A stretch of DNA of 64,000 bases, taken from assembly GCA_964576115.1 (NCBI GenBank), contig CAZNUA010000013.1, positions 1 through 64,000 on the forward strand, read 5' to 3'. Made by a program: the position numbers and the translations under genes. Each line of letters opens with the position of its first letter. Position 1 is the first letter of the stretch. The DNA comes from an uncultured Gemmatimonadota bacterium (lineage in GTDB: Bacteria > Blakebacterota > Blakebacteria > Blakebacterales > Blakebacteraceae). Below the pieces are notes generated by a model. It did no database searches. It had not been told where the DNA came from and worked only from the letters and a program-made list of their open reading frames with translations. This document shows, piece after piece, positions 39,466 through 48,338 of the stretch.

Positions 39466-42123
39466 TCAGTACCGGAACATCAGGGCTCCGGCCCGGTGCT
39501 CAGTCAGGCTGATGTAGATAGCCCGGCGGCCGACGGTGAAGGTGCGCCTGAGGCCGTCGGGTACAGCCTGGGGGGGAAGGGAAGTGACGAATTCCGCCGG
39601 AGCGGAGCCGGAGACTGATGTCCCCCAGTCGCCGATGCGATAGATGGCATCCCCGCGCAGAAAATAGACGTCGCGGTAATCCGGGGAAGGAGTCGGCATC
39701 GTTCCCGGACCGAGCGTGTGCCTGCGGCTGGTGGCAAGCTCGTAAATCTCGAGATAGCTGTCATTCCCGTCACTGACCTGGTAGAGCAGCACGCGATCGG
39801 TGGGATCGGGCATCGGAGCCGCCAGGATCCCTCCGCGCGTGATCACCCTCTCGCCGATGATAGAGATCGCACCGGGAGCGAGTTCGAGTTGGATACGCCG
39901 TAACTCGTACTCTACGGGATTGAGACGCAGGGCAACGTAATAGAGATATCGCCCATCCAGCGACCAGAAGGGATCCCATTCCTGGATGAATTCATCGGTC
40001 GGATCGGTGGTGAGCCTTGTGTGCTGCCCCAGGACAGTATCGTAGAGATACAACTCGAATGATTCCTGGCTGAAAGCCTGATAAACGATGTAACGGTCTT
40101 CGTTGGGGTGGGGGACAGGCAGCCATTCCGTGCGGATGAGCAGGTTCTCGGTAAACAGATCGGCCGGTTTTCCACCCGGGATATTGCATGATTTCAACCT
40201 GACACCGGCATCGCAGGTGAGGGCGGCGAATAAGAGCGTATTGCTATCGCGCGACATTGCCGGGGTATAGGTATCCTGAAAGCCCGAGATTATCTTGCGA
40301 GCAGGCTGGGGATTCGAACCGATCGGAAGGCTCCAGATATCTGCGAGCCAGGATGAGGTCAGAACGACAAGGTTCCCGGTGTCCGGGTGGAGTTCGAAAT
40401 CGTCGAGATATGAATTGATATGCAGCGGTTTCGGGCGACTCAGTGACTCTCCGGTCTCACTCACCCGCAGGCGGTAGACATCAGGTCCCAGACGGCTGTA
40501 GTACATGATTTCCCCGTGCGTTCTGTCCCATTCGAGGTCCTGGGGACATTGGGAGCCGTCGACCAGCAGGCTCAGGGAATCACCATTCGCAGTCATGCAC
40601 CAGATCCCGAGGTTCATGCCCCGCCGGTCCGCCATAAAGGCGATGTGCGAATCATTCAGAAGGTACATCGGGTGATATAGGTTCACCTGCCTGTCCAGAA
40701 CCGAGATGTCCTGGTAATCGATATCTGATACGGGGATCACCGGCCAGGAAGGATCGTCCGGGGCTGGCAGCGGCCCGGCTCTCTTGAGACAGGACTCACC
40801 GGCCCGGCGTCCGGCGGAACGGCGGAACAGCAGGTAACGACCGTCTGAGGACCAGGCCGGGTGTTGAGTGCTGTAATCGACGACCTGTTGAAAGGTGGCT
40901 GTCTGCGGATCGACCAGGAACAGTCCCGATGAACCGGCGATGGCGATCCATTCTCCGGTTGGCGACCACTTGGCCCGGCGGAGCTCCAGATCGCCCGGTA
41001 TAGGGATCGGACGGGGATCCCTCGAACGGCTGTTCAGATCAAGGATCTGCAGGTTTGGACCGCCGAGATCGGACAGGTAAGCTACCCTGTGGCCGGTAGG
41101 ATCCAGGGTGGGGGATTGCTCACCGGCTGAAGCCGGGATTTCCAGATCGAATCGGAGCGTTCTCGTCGGCAGCATAAGAGCTATGCTGAGACCGATTCCA
41201 ACTACGCCGGAGAGAATCAGGGCGTTTCGCCAGGCCCGGAGACGTCGACGTCGGCGGGAATATTCTGAGAGGCGGGAAAGAGATGGATCACTGATACCCG
41301 CCGCCTCGCCGATCCGCGCCAATTCGTGAAAGAGTACCCCTCCGTGATTGATCCTGTCTTCGGGCTGTTTCTGCAGGCAGCTGTCGATCAGGTGCGATAT
41401 GCCCGGGAATTCGCTCTCGCATCTTTCGGGTAATGAAGGGTGGGGTACGTTGATGGTCTGGTATCCGATGGCTTCGAAGGACGTGCCCTGGAATGGGTGC
41501 TCTCCAGTCAGGACCTCGAAGGCGAGAACTCCGAAGGACCAGATATCAGTTGCGCGATTGAGTTCACGACCGAGAAAAGCCTCAGGCGCGAGATAACGAG
41601 CGGTTCCCTTCACTATGTCGGCTGTTGTCTGAGTACTCTGATCAAGGGTCTTGGCCAGCCCGAAGTCTGTTACTTTTGCCGTCCCATCCTCGGATACAAT
41701 GATATTGGACGGCTTTATATCCCGATGGATGATTCCAACGGAATGAGCGGCTTCGAGGGCTGAGGCAATCTGCAGCAGAAGTATTAACCGGTATTGCTGG
41801 GGAAGGGCTTCTTGAAGCAAGATGTCGAGGCTTTTCCCCTCGACGTATTCCTGAACGAAGAAGATAAACTCCTCATCGAACTCTATCGAAAGCAGGGCTG
41901 CGATATTGGGATGCGACAGCTTTGCCTGGGTGCGGGCTTCATTTAAGAACTGCTGCATGACTATGCTTCGTTCAGCTGCTGTGAATCTGACGAACTTCAA
42001 TGCCCGGAAGGTTTCGAGGTATGTATCTAGGGCTTTGAATACATCACCCATGGCACCACTACCCAGAAGTTCAATGATCTGGTAGTGCCCGATCTGCTTA
42101 TTCAATAACGGATGGTCGTTCAT
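39466..42123 (-). CDS. Membrane Ser/Thr protein kinase with TolB/PD40-like beta-propeller
   Basis: LGSGAMGDV, ALK, HRDIKPSN, DFGLA, YLAPE; TM; P.WS.DG repeats. Confidence 0.9.
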   Translation of the reverse strand: MNDHPLLNKQIGHYQIIELLGSGAMGDVFKALDTYLETFRALKFVRFTAAERSIVMQQFLNEARTQAKLSHPNIAALLSIEFDEEFIFFVQEYVEGKSLDILLQEALPQQYRLILLLQIASALEAAHSVGIIHRDIKPSNIIVSEDGTAKVTDFGLAKTLDQSTQTTADIVKGTARYLAPEAFLGRELNRATDIWSFGVLAFEVLTGEHPFQGTSFEAIGYQTINVPHPSLPERCESEFPGISHLIDSCLQKQPEDRINHGGVLFHELARIGEAAGISDPSLSRLSEYSRRRRRLRAWRNALILSGVVGIGLSIALMLPTRTLRFDLEIPASAGEQSPTLDPTGHRVAYLSDLGGPNLQILDLNSRSRDPRPIPIPGDLELRRAKWSPTGEWIAIAGSSGLFLVDPQTATFQQVVDYSTQHPAWSSDGRYLLFRRSAGRRAGESCLKRAGPLPAPDDPSWPVIPVSDIDYQDISVLDRQVNLYHPMYLLNDSHIAFMADRRGMNLGIWCMTANGDSLSLLVDGSQCPQDLEWDRTHGEIMYYSRLGPDVYRLRVSETGESLSRPKPLHINSYLDDFELHPDTGNLVVLTSSWLADIWSLPIGSNPQPARKIISGFQDTYTPAMSRDSNTLLFAALTCDAGVRLKSCNIPGGKPADLFTENLLIRTEWLPVPHPNEDRYIVYQAFSQESFELYLYDTVLGQHTRLTTDPTDEFIQEWDPFWSLDGRYLYYVALRLNPVEYELRRIQLELAPGAISIIGERVITRGGILAAPMPDPTDRVLLYQVSDGNDSYLEIYELATSRRHTLGPGTMPTPSPDYRDVYFLRGDAIYRIGDWGTSVSGSAPAEFVTSLPPQAVPDGLRRTFTVGRRAIYISLTEHRAGALMFRY

Positions 42124-42257
42124 AGCCCCGGCAACGGTATCTGGTGATTGCCGTTCTGGCGGGTAATCTGCTGTCAGTGTAACTGATGAAGGTGATTTCT
42201 GGGAAGTGTAACTCACACGGGTACTTAGGAAGCAGGAATAGAACCTGGAGCCAGTAC

Positions 42258-42327
42258 CGTCGCCACCCTGGTTCCGGCCCGGCGTGCCCGCCGGACCGAC
42301 CCGGTGGAGGTGTTGCGGATCGAATAG
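42258..42327 (+). repeat. 70-bp direct repeat, right copy (attR-like)
   Basis: Identical to 32719-32788, 9539 bp downstream. Confidence 0.9.
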
Positions 42328-42346
42328 TATCCAGAATGGCTGTAAA

Positions 42347-45199
42347 TCAGCGGTGCTCGTGGAGCGTGAAGGAGTACTCCCCCGAACCGAGGGTGAATCT
42401 GACTGCCTGATTCTCCCGCCGGGCGTTGCGGATCCCGGCCGGACCGCTCTGGAACCGGCCGGACTCCCAGACCACTGCCTCGCTTTCCATGATCGTGCAT
42501 TCGTTCAGCTCACCGACCGGCAGATAGAGAGTCGCGATCGTATTGGCCGGGACGGTGAGCGCGAGCGTGAGAAGGGCTCTGTTGGCATTGATGGAGGGAT
42601 TCTCTGCAGGCGCGCCGGTCACCGATTCCGCGGCGCGGGGATTCAGGAAAGAGACATCTTTCTCCCACCGGACACCGATCTCGCCCCGCACAGTCGGTAC
42701 GACGGTCTCCACGAAGGAAAGCTCGCCCTCGACAATCGGTCGGACGTCGAAGGTCGAGAAACCGGGCCCGGTGGGGGCGATCCCGCCGAGGTATTTTGGC
42801 AGGAAACTTCCCGGGGACGAGGACCAGGCATGGTTCCATTCGCCCGTACCCCAGTCCTCGGTACAGACCCGGCCGTTTGTGCGAGCCATCCACTCCCAGC
42901 GTCCGCAGCCTGTCTCGGTGAGCAGCCCGTGCAGATACGCCCCCTCGCCGGCCGTATAGAGGGCGTCGAAGAAGCAGTCGGCCCCGTAGACATGCGGCTC
43001 GAAGGGCCGGCTCGTGATGTGGTCCACCACTGCCGCCCGGTACCGCTCGGGAACGATGTCGAACCGCAGGGCCCAGGCCGAGGGGAGCTGATGCCAGGCC
43101 TCGCGGTCGAGGCTGTCGCGATAGCGGCTCCGGCCGTCGAAGAGGTGGCGGTTGATACCCTGTCTGACCTGTCGGGCCAGCCGGCGCCAGCGGGCTGCCT
43201 CGCGGGTTCTCTCGAGTACTCCGGCCACCTCGGCGGCAATCTCGAGCACCCGGCAGTACTGACAGTTCTGGGCGGTCAGGGCGGCTCCGCTCTCGTCGAT
43301 ATAGTCTCCTCGGGGCAGGTCGGTGATCTCCCAGACGGCCGTGTCGTGCAGCAGGTGCGTGCGCCGGTCGCGCCACTGCTCGTAATATGAGATCAGCCGC
43401 TCGAGATTGCCGTAGACCTCGCGCAGCAGGACTTCATCGCCGGTGAAGAGGTAGTACTGCCAGAGCATCATCGGCCAGGAGAAGGCCCATTCGGGGATCT
43501 TGTTTTTCGCGCCGGGACTGCAGGCGTAGAGATCGCCGTTGTCCAGCTGCTCGGCGGCATAATCGCGGATGGTTTTCCGCACCACCTCTGCAGCACCATG
43601 GTTGTACAGCAGGACGTTGCCCACGATCCAGGCGTCGGCGGTCCAGGTGGCCTGCTCCCGGTTGGCGTCCACGCTCACCACCCCCGACTGCACCGCCTGC
43701 CGGGCCGAGCGCTCGCACATCTCGTGGATGGCGTTCAGGATCGGTTCGGAAGAACGGAAGCTGCCCCGCACGTCGAGGTCGGTGTGGGCCCGCACTCCCC
43801 GCACGTTTTCCGGATCCAGCCGGTCGGTATACCCCGAGATCCGCAGGAAGCGGAAACTTCCGTAGCCGATATCGGGCTCGAACGATTCCCGGCCTCCCCG
43901 GCAGAGATAGCGGTCCCAGCCCGAGGCCCCGGTCAGGCCGTCGGCCTGGAAATAGCGGATCGTGATCGTGTCGCCGGGCGCGTTGGCGGTCATGGTCAGG
44001 ACCGGCCAGCCGCTCAGGCACTGCCCGAAATCCACGATCCAGTCTCCGCTGGTACGGTCGTGCTGTACATTCACCGGGTTCAGCCGCTCCCATGCCCGCT
44101 GCTCGCCCACCAGCTGGGGATAGAACCGGTACTGTCCGCGGCGCACGACCCCGGCCGCCGCCCACTGCTCGTCGTCGAAGCCGGGCTCAGTCCAGCCCGC
44201 TGGTTCGAGCCGGCCGTCATAGATCTCGGCGCAGCGATTGCGGGCTCCGTCGGCACCCCCGAATGAGGTGTAGGGAACCTCCCGCCAGGGGGTGGCGGCC
44301 AGGCACCGCCACGAGGCATCAGTGGCGATCAACACCTCTGATGACCGATCACCGTCGGTCAATTCGATCCGGGCCTGCAGGATGAAGGCCGGATGACCGT
44401 TGACGCCCGAGGTCCTGAACAGACCGTGCCAGTGGGCCCTGGCGGCGATGACGTTCGGACCCGCCTGCAGGGCGTCTGCTATATCCCGGGCGTTGTACTG
44501 CCCGTAGCGGTAGGGATCGCTGCGGGCCGGACCGCGGCCGATCTCGCGTCCATTTATATAGAGGACGTAGTCGTCGTGGGCCGAGACGAAGACCCGGGCC
44601 CGGGCGGGGGCGGCCGGCAGGGTGAACTCCCGGCGGAAGAACGCGACGTTGTTGACGTTGTCGGTGCCGTCCCAGATGAAGTCGGCCGTCCATTCATTGC
44701 CGGTCAGGCCGGTATCGAAGCGGGCCGGCGCGCTCCAGGCTCCGGTCAGGCCCTGCCGGTCCCGGGTTCGGACTTTCCACCAGTAACGGGTGGCTCCGGC
44801 CAGCGGTGCGCCCGCATAGACCACCGCCGTCGAAGCCGGACCGGACAGCCACCCGCTATCCCACATGTCACCGATATCGTTGGTCAGCAGATCGGGTTCG
44901 GAGGCCACCAGGATCCGGGCGGCGGTCTGGATCTCGTTCCGGTCACTATCATTCACCTGCCAGGTGAAATGAGGGGTCAGTGAGCCGGTCAGGAGCGGCT
45001 CGGCGACGCCATCGGTCAGCAGACGAGTCGGCACCCCCGGCGGGGTCGAGGGGCCCTGGTCGGGAGTCCGGGCGCACCCGGCGAGCAGGAGGCCGGAGAG
45101 AACCGGTGCGAGTAACAGGGAGAGACAGAAAGAGAGGCAGAAAGAGAAGCAGAGAGAGAGGCGGTGAGAGAGGCAGGGGGGACAAAAATGATGCTGCAC
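42347..45199 (-). CDS. GH78 alpha-L-rhamnosidase-like lipoprotein
   Basis: MWDSG, Y.G.PL...TRYWWKVR, FFRREF, VDFGQ, REQATWTAD, WNHAW; lipobox LLAGC; start approximate. Confidence 0.85.
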   Translation of the reverse strand: MQHHFCPPCLSHRLSLCFSFCLSFCLSLLLAPVLSGLLLAGCARTPDQGPSTPPGVPTRLLTDGVAEPLLTGSLTPHFTWQVNDSDRNEIQTAARILVASEPDLLTNDIGDMWDSGWLSGPASTAVVYAGAPLAGATRYWWKVRTRDRQGLTGAWSAPARFDTGLTGNEWTADFIWDGTDNVNNVAFFRREFTLPAAPARARVFVSAHDDYVLYINGREIGRGPARSDPYRYGQYNARDIADALQAGPNVIAARAHWHGLFRTSGVNGHPAFILQARIELTDGDRSSEVLIATDASWRCLAATPWREVPYTSFGGADGARNRCAEIYDGRLEPAGWTEPGFDDEQWAAAGVVRRGQYRFYPQLVGEQRAWERLNPVNVQHDRTSGDWIVDFGQCLSGWPVLTMTANAPGDTITIRYFQADGLTGASGWDRYLCRGGRESFEPDIGYGSFRFLRISGYTDRLDPENVRGVRAHTDLDVRGSFRSSEPILNAIHEMCERSARQAVQSGVVSVDANREQATWTADAWIVGNVLLYNHGAAEVVRKTIRDYAAEQLDNGDLYACSPGAKNKIPEWAFSWPMMLWQYYLFTGDEVLLREVYGNLERLISYYEQWRDRRTHLLHDTAVWEITDLPRGDYIDESGAALTAQNCQYCRVLEIAAEVAGVLERTREAARWRRLARQVRQGINRHLFDGRSRYRDSLDREAWHQLPSAWALRFDIVPERYRAAVVDHITSRPFEPHVYGADCFFDALYTAGEGAYLHGLLTETGCGRWEWMARTNGRVCTEDWGTGEWNHAWSSSPGSFLPKYLGGIAPTGPGFSTFDVRPIVEGELSFVETVVPTVRGEIGVRWEKDVSFLNPRAAESVTGAPAENPSINANRALLTLALTVPANTIATLYLPVGELNECTIMESEAVVWESGRFQSGPAGIRNARRENQAVRFTLGSGEYSFTLHEHR

Positions 45200-45204
45200 G
45201 GCCT

Positions 45205-46938
45205 TCAGTACCCGACCGCCATCCCGTCCTTGCGGGGATCGGATCCGGCCACCCAGCCGGCCTCGCCCCGCATGACGGCCTGACCGCCACCGAAGGAAGT
45301 GCCGCGTTCGTTCCCGATGATGTGTCCCAGCCTCTCCAGGGCCCGCCGGACCTCCTCGTCGATGGGGGCTTCGAGCACGATCCGACTGCCGCTCAGGTGA
45401 CGGAAGCGGGGCGCGTCGATGGCGGCCTGCACGTCCATGTCGAAGAGCAGGATGTTCAGCAGGACCTGGACGTGCCCCTGCGGCTGCATCGAACCGCCCA
45501 TGACCCCGAAGGCCAGCCACGGCTCGGGCTCGCCGTCGGGCCCGGGCCGGGTCGCGAATCCGGGGATGAGGGTGTGGAAGGGACGCTTACCCGGCGCCAC
45601 GGTGTTGGGCCGGTCGGGGGTCATGGTGAAGCCCACCCCGCGGTCCTGCAGTTCGAAGCCGGTCCCTGGCACCACCACCCCGGAGCCGAAGTAGTCGTAC
45701 ACGCTGTTGATGAAGGAGATCATGTTCCCCTCGGCATCTGCGGCCGAGAGGTAGATCGTCTCGCTGGCCGTGACCGCCTCACCCGGTTCGGCCCGCTCGG
45801 CCGCCCGGCGGGGATCGAGCCGGGCGCGGCGGGCGGTAATGAAGGGCTCGGAGAGGATCTGGGCCGGGGTGAGCTCGAGGTGGTCGGGATCGCCGATCCA
45901 GCGGCCCAGGTCGGCGAAAGCCAGTTTCTTGGCCTCGATCAGGTGGTGGAGGTAGTCGGGGGAGTTGTGGCCCATGGCCTGCAGATCGAAGGGCTCGAGA
46001 ATACGCAGCATCTCCAGGGCGGCGATCCCCTGGCCGTTGGGGGGCAGTTCCCACAGGGTGGCGCCACCGTAGTCGACCGCCAGCGGCTCGACCCACTCGA
46101 CGGTGTGGTTGCGCAGGTCATCGAGAGTCAGGAAGCCGCCGACTTCCTCAAGATGGGCGACGATCCGCTGACCGAGTTCGCCGCCGTACAGGGCCTGCGG
46201 TCCGCGGCGGGCGAGCAGGCGGTAGGAGGCGGCCAGGTCGGGATTGCGGAAGCGCTCGCCGGGGCGGGGGGCGCGCTCGCCGTCGATCAGATAGGTGGCC
46301 GCCGCCCCCTCGTCACGCTGCAACTTGCGGGTCTGGGCCGCCCACTGCCGGGCGATGATCGGCGAGACGGGAAAGCCCTCTTCGGCCAGCCGGATGGCCG
46401 GGGCCAGAGCCTGGGCCAGGGTCAGGGTGCCGTGCTCGGCCAGCAGGGCCGCCCACCCGGAGACCGCTCCGGGCACGGTGACCGCTTCAGGCCCGCTCCT
46501 GATCCGCTCCCGTCCGCGGGCCAGCAGTTCCTCCCGCGTCATCAGCGCACCCGCCCGGCCGCTGGCGTTCAGGCCCACCAGGCGGTTCTCGCGGGCCGAC
46601 CAGAGAATGGCGAAGACATCGCCCCCCGGTCCCGTCATGTGCGGTTCGACCAGGGCCAGCACGGCCGCCGCCGTGACGGCGGCGTCGACCGCGTTCCCGC
46701 CCTGTTGAAGTACCGCCAGACCGGCGCTCGAAGCCAGCGGCTGGCTGGTGGCCACGGCGCCGTGCGGGGCGTGCACCGCCGAGCGTCCGGCCAGGGTGGT
46801 GGGACGTTCAGGTTCCGGTTCGCGGCTGCAGCCGGTGGGCAGCAGTGGCAGCAGGATGAGAGTTGTGAGCAGAACCAGGGACAGTCCGGGGAACAGGGCG
46901 AAAGCAGTGGCGGTGGAAGAAGCGGTCATGGAGCGCAT
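45205..46938 (-). CDS. ggt: Gamma-glutamyltransferase
   Basis: GGNAVDAA, ELPPNGQG, ETIYLSAAD, PGKRPFHT, GGSMQPQG, SDPRKDG. Confidence 0.92.
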   Translation of the reverse strand: MRSMTASSTATAFALFPGLSLVLLTTLILLPLLPTGCSREPEPERPTTLAGRSAVHAPHGAVATSQPLASSAGLAVLQQGGNAVDAAVTAAAVLALVEPHMTGPGGDVFAILWSARENRLVGLNASGRAGALMTREELLARGRERIRSGPEAVTVPGAVSGWAALLAEHGTLTLAQALAPAIRLAEEGFPVSPIIARQWAAQTRKLQRDEGAAATYLIDGERAPRPGERFRNPDLAASYRLLARRGPQALYGGELGQRIVAHLEEVGGFLTLDDLRNHTVEWVEPLAVDYGGATLWELPPNGQGIAALEMLRILEPFDLQAMGHNSPDYLHHLIEAKKLAFADLGRWIGDPDHLELTPAQILSEPFITARRARLDPRRAAERAEPGEAVTASETIYLSAADAEGNMISFINSVYDYFGSGVVVPGTGFELQDRGVGFTMTPDRPNTVAPGKRPFHTLIPGFATRPGPDGEPEPWLAFGVMGGSMQPQGHVQVLLNILLFDMDVQAAIDAPRFRHLSGSRIVLEAPIDEEVRRALERLGHIIGNERGTSFGGGQAVMRGEAGWVAGSDPRKDGMAVGY

Positions 46939-47173
46939 GCGGTTCCTTTCGGGGATCGGTATCCGTATGAAGCACCCCGTCGGCAAGGTGTTTCAGTCGG
47001 ACCGCGGCCCGTCAGTCAACGATCCGGTGTTTCCCGTTTTCCCGGCACGATGCAGCCGGAAACGGGTCTCGACTGCGATGGTAGGCTCCGGACGCAGAGA
47101 GGGCAAGAGCGCCGGTCGGAGCCGGGCGGGCGGATGACATCTGAGTGCGGGTGAGATCGGGTTTGACCGGGCG

Positions 47174-47959
47174 TCAGTCGCCCCGCATCAGGACCTCGTC
47201 GGCGTATTCGGACATCATCGCCTCGACCTCGCGCAGGCGGTCGGGGGAGGTGCGGGGGTAGGTCGTGAAAACCGGGTCGGGCATCTCGTCGCGGGGGATG
47301 AAAGCCTGCAGGACGTAGCGGCGGGCGCCGCGGATCATCTCGCCCATATCGCGCAGTTGCTCATCGTCGTGAAAGGGTTCGATCAGTGTGGTGCGCAGTT
47401 CGTAATCGGTCTGCCCCGCGCGCAGGATCTCGATGCTGGCGGCGATCTTGGCCGCGTCGGCGAATCCGGTCAGCTCCCGGTATCGTGCGGAGCTTGCCTT
47501 CACATCCATGGCTACATAATCGACCAGGGGCAGGACGGCCTCGAGCACCTCGGGACGCGAGCCGTTGGTGTCCAGCTTGAAGCGCCAGCCGCGCTCGGTG
47601 AAAAACGTGATCAGTTCACCCAGATCCCCGGCCAGGGTCGGCTCCCCTCCGGTCAGCACGGCCGCGGTCGTCCACTCGGCTTCGAAACGCGTGCAGACCT
47701 CGCCCAGGCGTTCCCAGGTCAGGCCTTTCTGGCGGGTCCGCAGCAAGTCGGGATTGTGGCAGAAGCCGCAGCGCATGTTGCACCCGCTGGTGAAGAAGAC
47801 GGCCGCCATGTGGCCGGGGAAATCCACCAGGGTGGGGTTGGAAAGAAAAGCGTAGATCGAGGTCTCGCCCTGTCGGGCAGGCGCTGCCGGGGATGATGAG
47901 TCGGGTGCGGGCGCCTCGTCGACAGCCCGCCCGCCAGTCATGTCAGGAGCGGGCTTCAT
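47174..47959 (-). CDS. nrdG: Anaerobic ribonucleotide reductase activating radical-SAM enzyme (start may be 47941)
   Basis: CNMRCGFCHN, TGGEPT, LDTNGS; in operon with nrdD. Confidence 0.9.
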   Translation of the reverse strand: MKPAPDMTGGRAVDEAPAPDSSSPAAPARQGETSIYAFLSNPTLVDFPGHMAAVFFTSGCNMRCGFCHNPDLLRTRQKGLTWERLGEVCTRFEAEWTTAAVLTGGEPTLAGDLGELITFFTERGWRFKLDTNGSRPEVLEAVLPLVDYVAMDVKASSARYRELTGFADAAKIAASIEILRAGQTDYELRTTLIEPFHDDEQLRDMGEMIRGARRYVLQAFIPRDEMPDPVFTTYPRTSPDRLREVEAMMSEYADEVLMRGD

Positions 47960-48338
47960 TGAGCACGCTCGTGATCATCTTGGGGGAAATGACACCCCGG
48001 CCCGTACCGGAGTAATCGGTCCGCAGACCCAGGTACTGGTAGAGCCGCGATTTCTTGCAGACCTTGTCGAAGTCCCCCGGGCGGGGATTGGTCAGGGGAT
48101 CGTAGTGGCCTGAATCCTCGTCCCGTCGGGTCAGGAGCAGGGCCGGAATCTGCTGGGGGTTGATGCACTCGGCGTTGGCAAAGGCGACCAGCCCCTCTTC
48201 GGTCTCGACGTCGCAGTACTTCTTCTCGAAATCCTGCCACTCATCCTGTTCCAGCAGGTCGTCGATGCGCTGGTTCAGGATGGTGCATTTGTCGCAACCT
48301 GGTTTTCCGAAAACGAGGATTCTGAAGGGCTTGGACAT
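47943..48338 (-). CDS. Thioredoxin/glutaredoxin-like CxxC protein (NrdH-like)
   Basis: VFGKPGCDKC, cis-Pro-like QIPALL; lies between nrdD and nrdG. Confidence 0.7.
   Translation of the reverse strand: MSKPFRILVFGKPGCDKCTILNQRIDDLLEQDEWQDFEKKYCDVETEEGLVAFANAECINPQQIPALLLTRRDEDSGHYDPLTNPRPGDFDKVCKKSRLYQYLGLRTDYSGTGRGVISPKMITSVLNEARS

Larger units (their letters stand above)
32789..42327. mobile_element. ~9.5-kb genomic island-like insertion, no integrase seen
   Basis: Flanked by an exact 70-bp direct repeat; visibly lower GC and different codon usage than the flanks. Confidence 0.7.

Noticed and set aside
44980-47154. Long antisense/alternate-frame ORFs (e.g. 724 aa here; also 17202-18998, 9400-10995, 61250-62710)
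   Set aside because: Shadow ORFs of real genes in high-GC DNA, with Arg/Gly/Pro-biased composition and no motifs.
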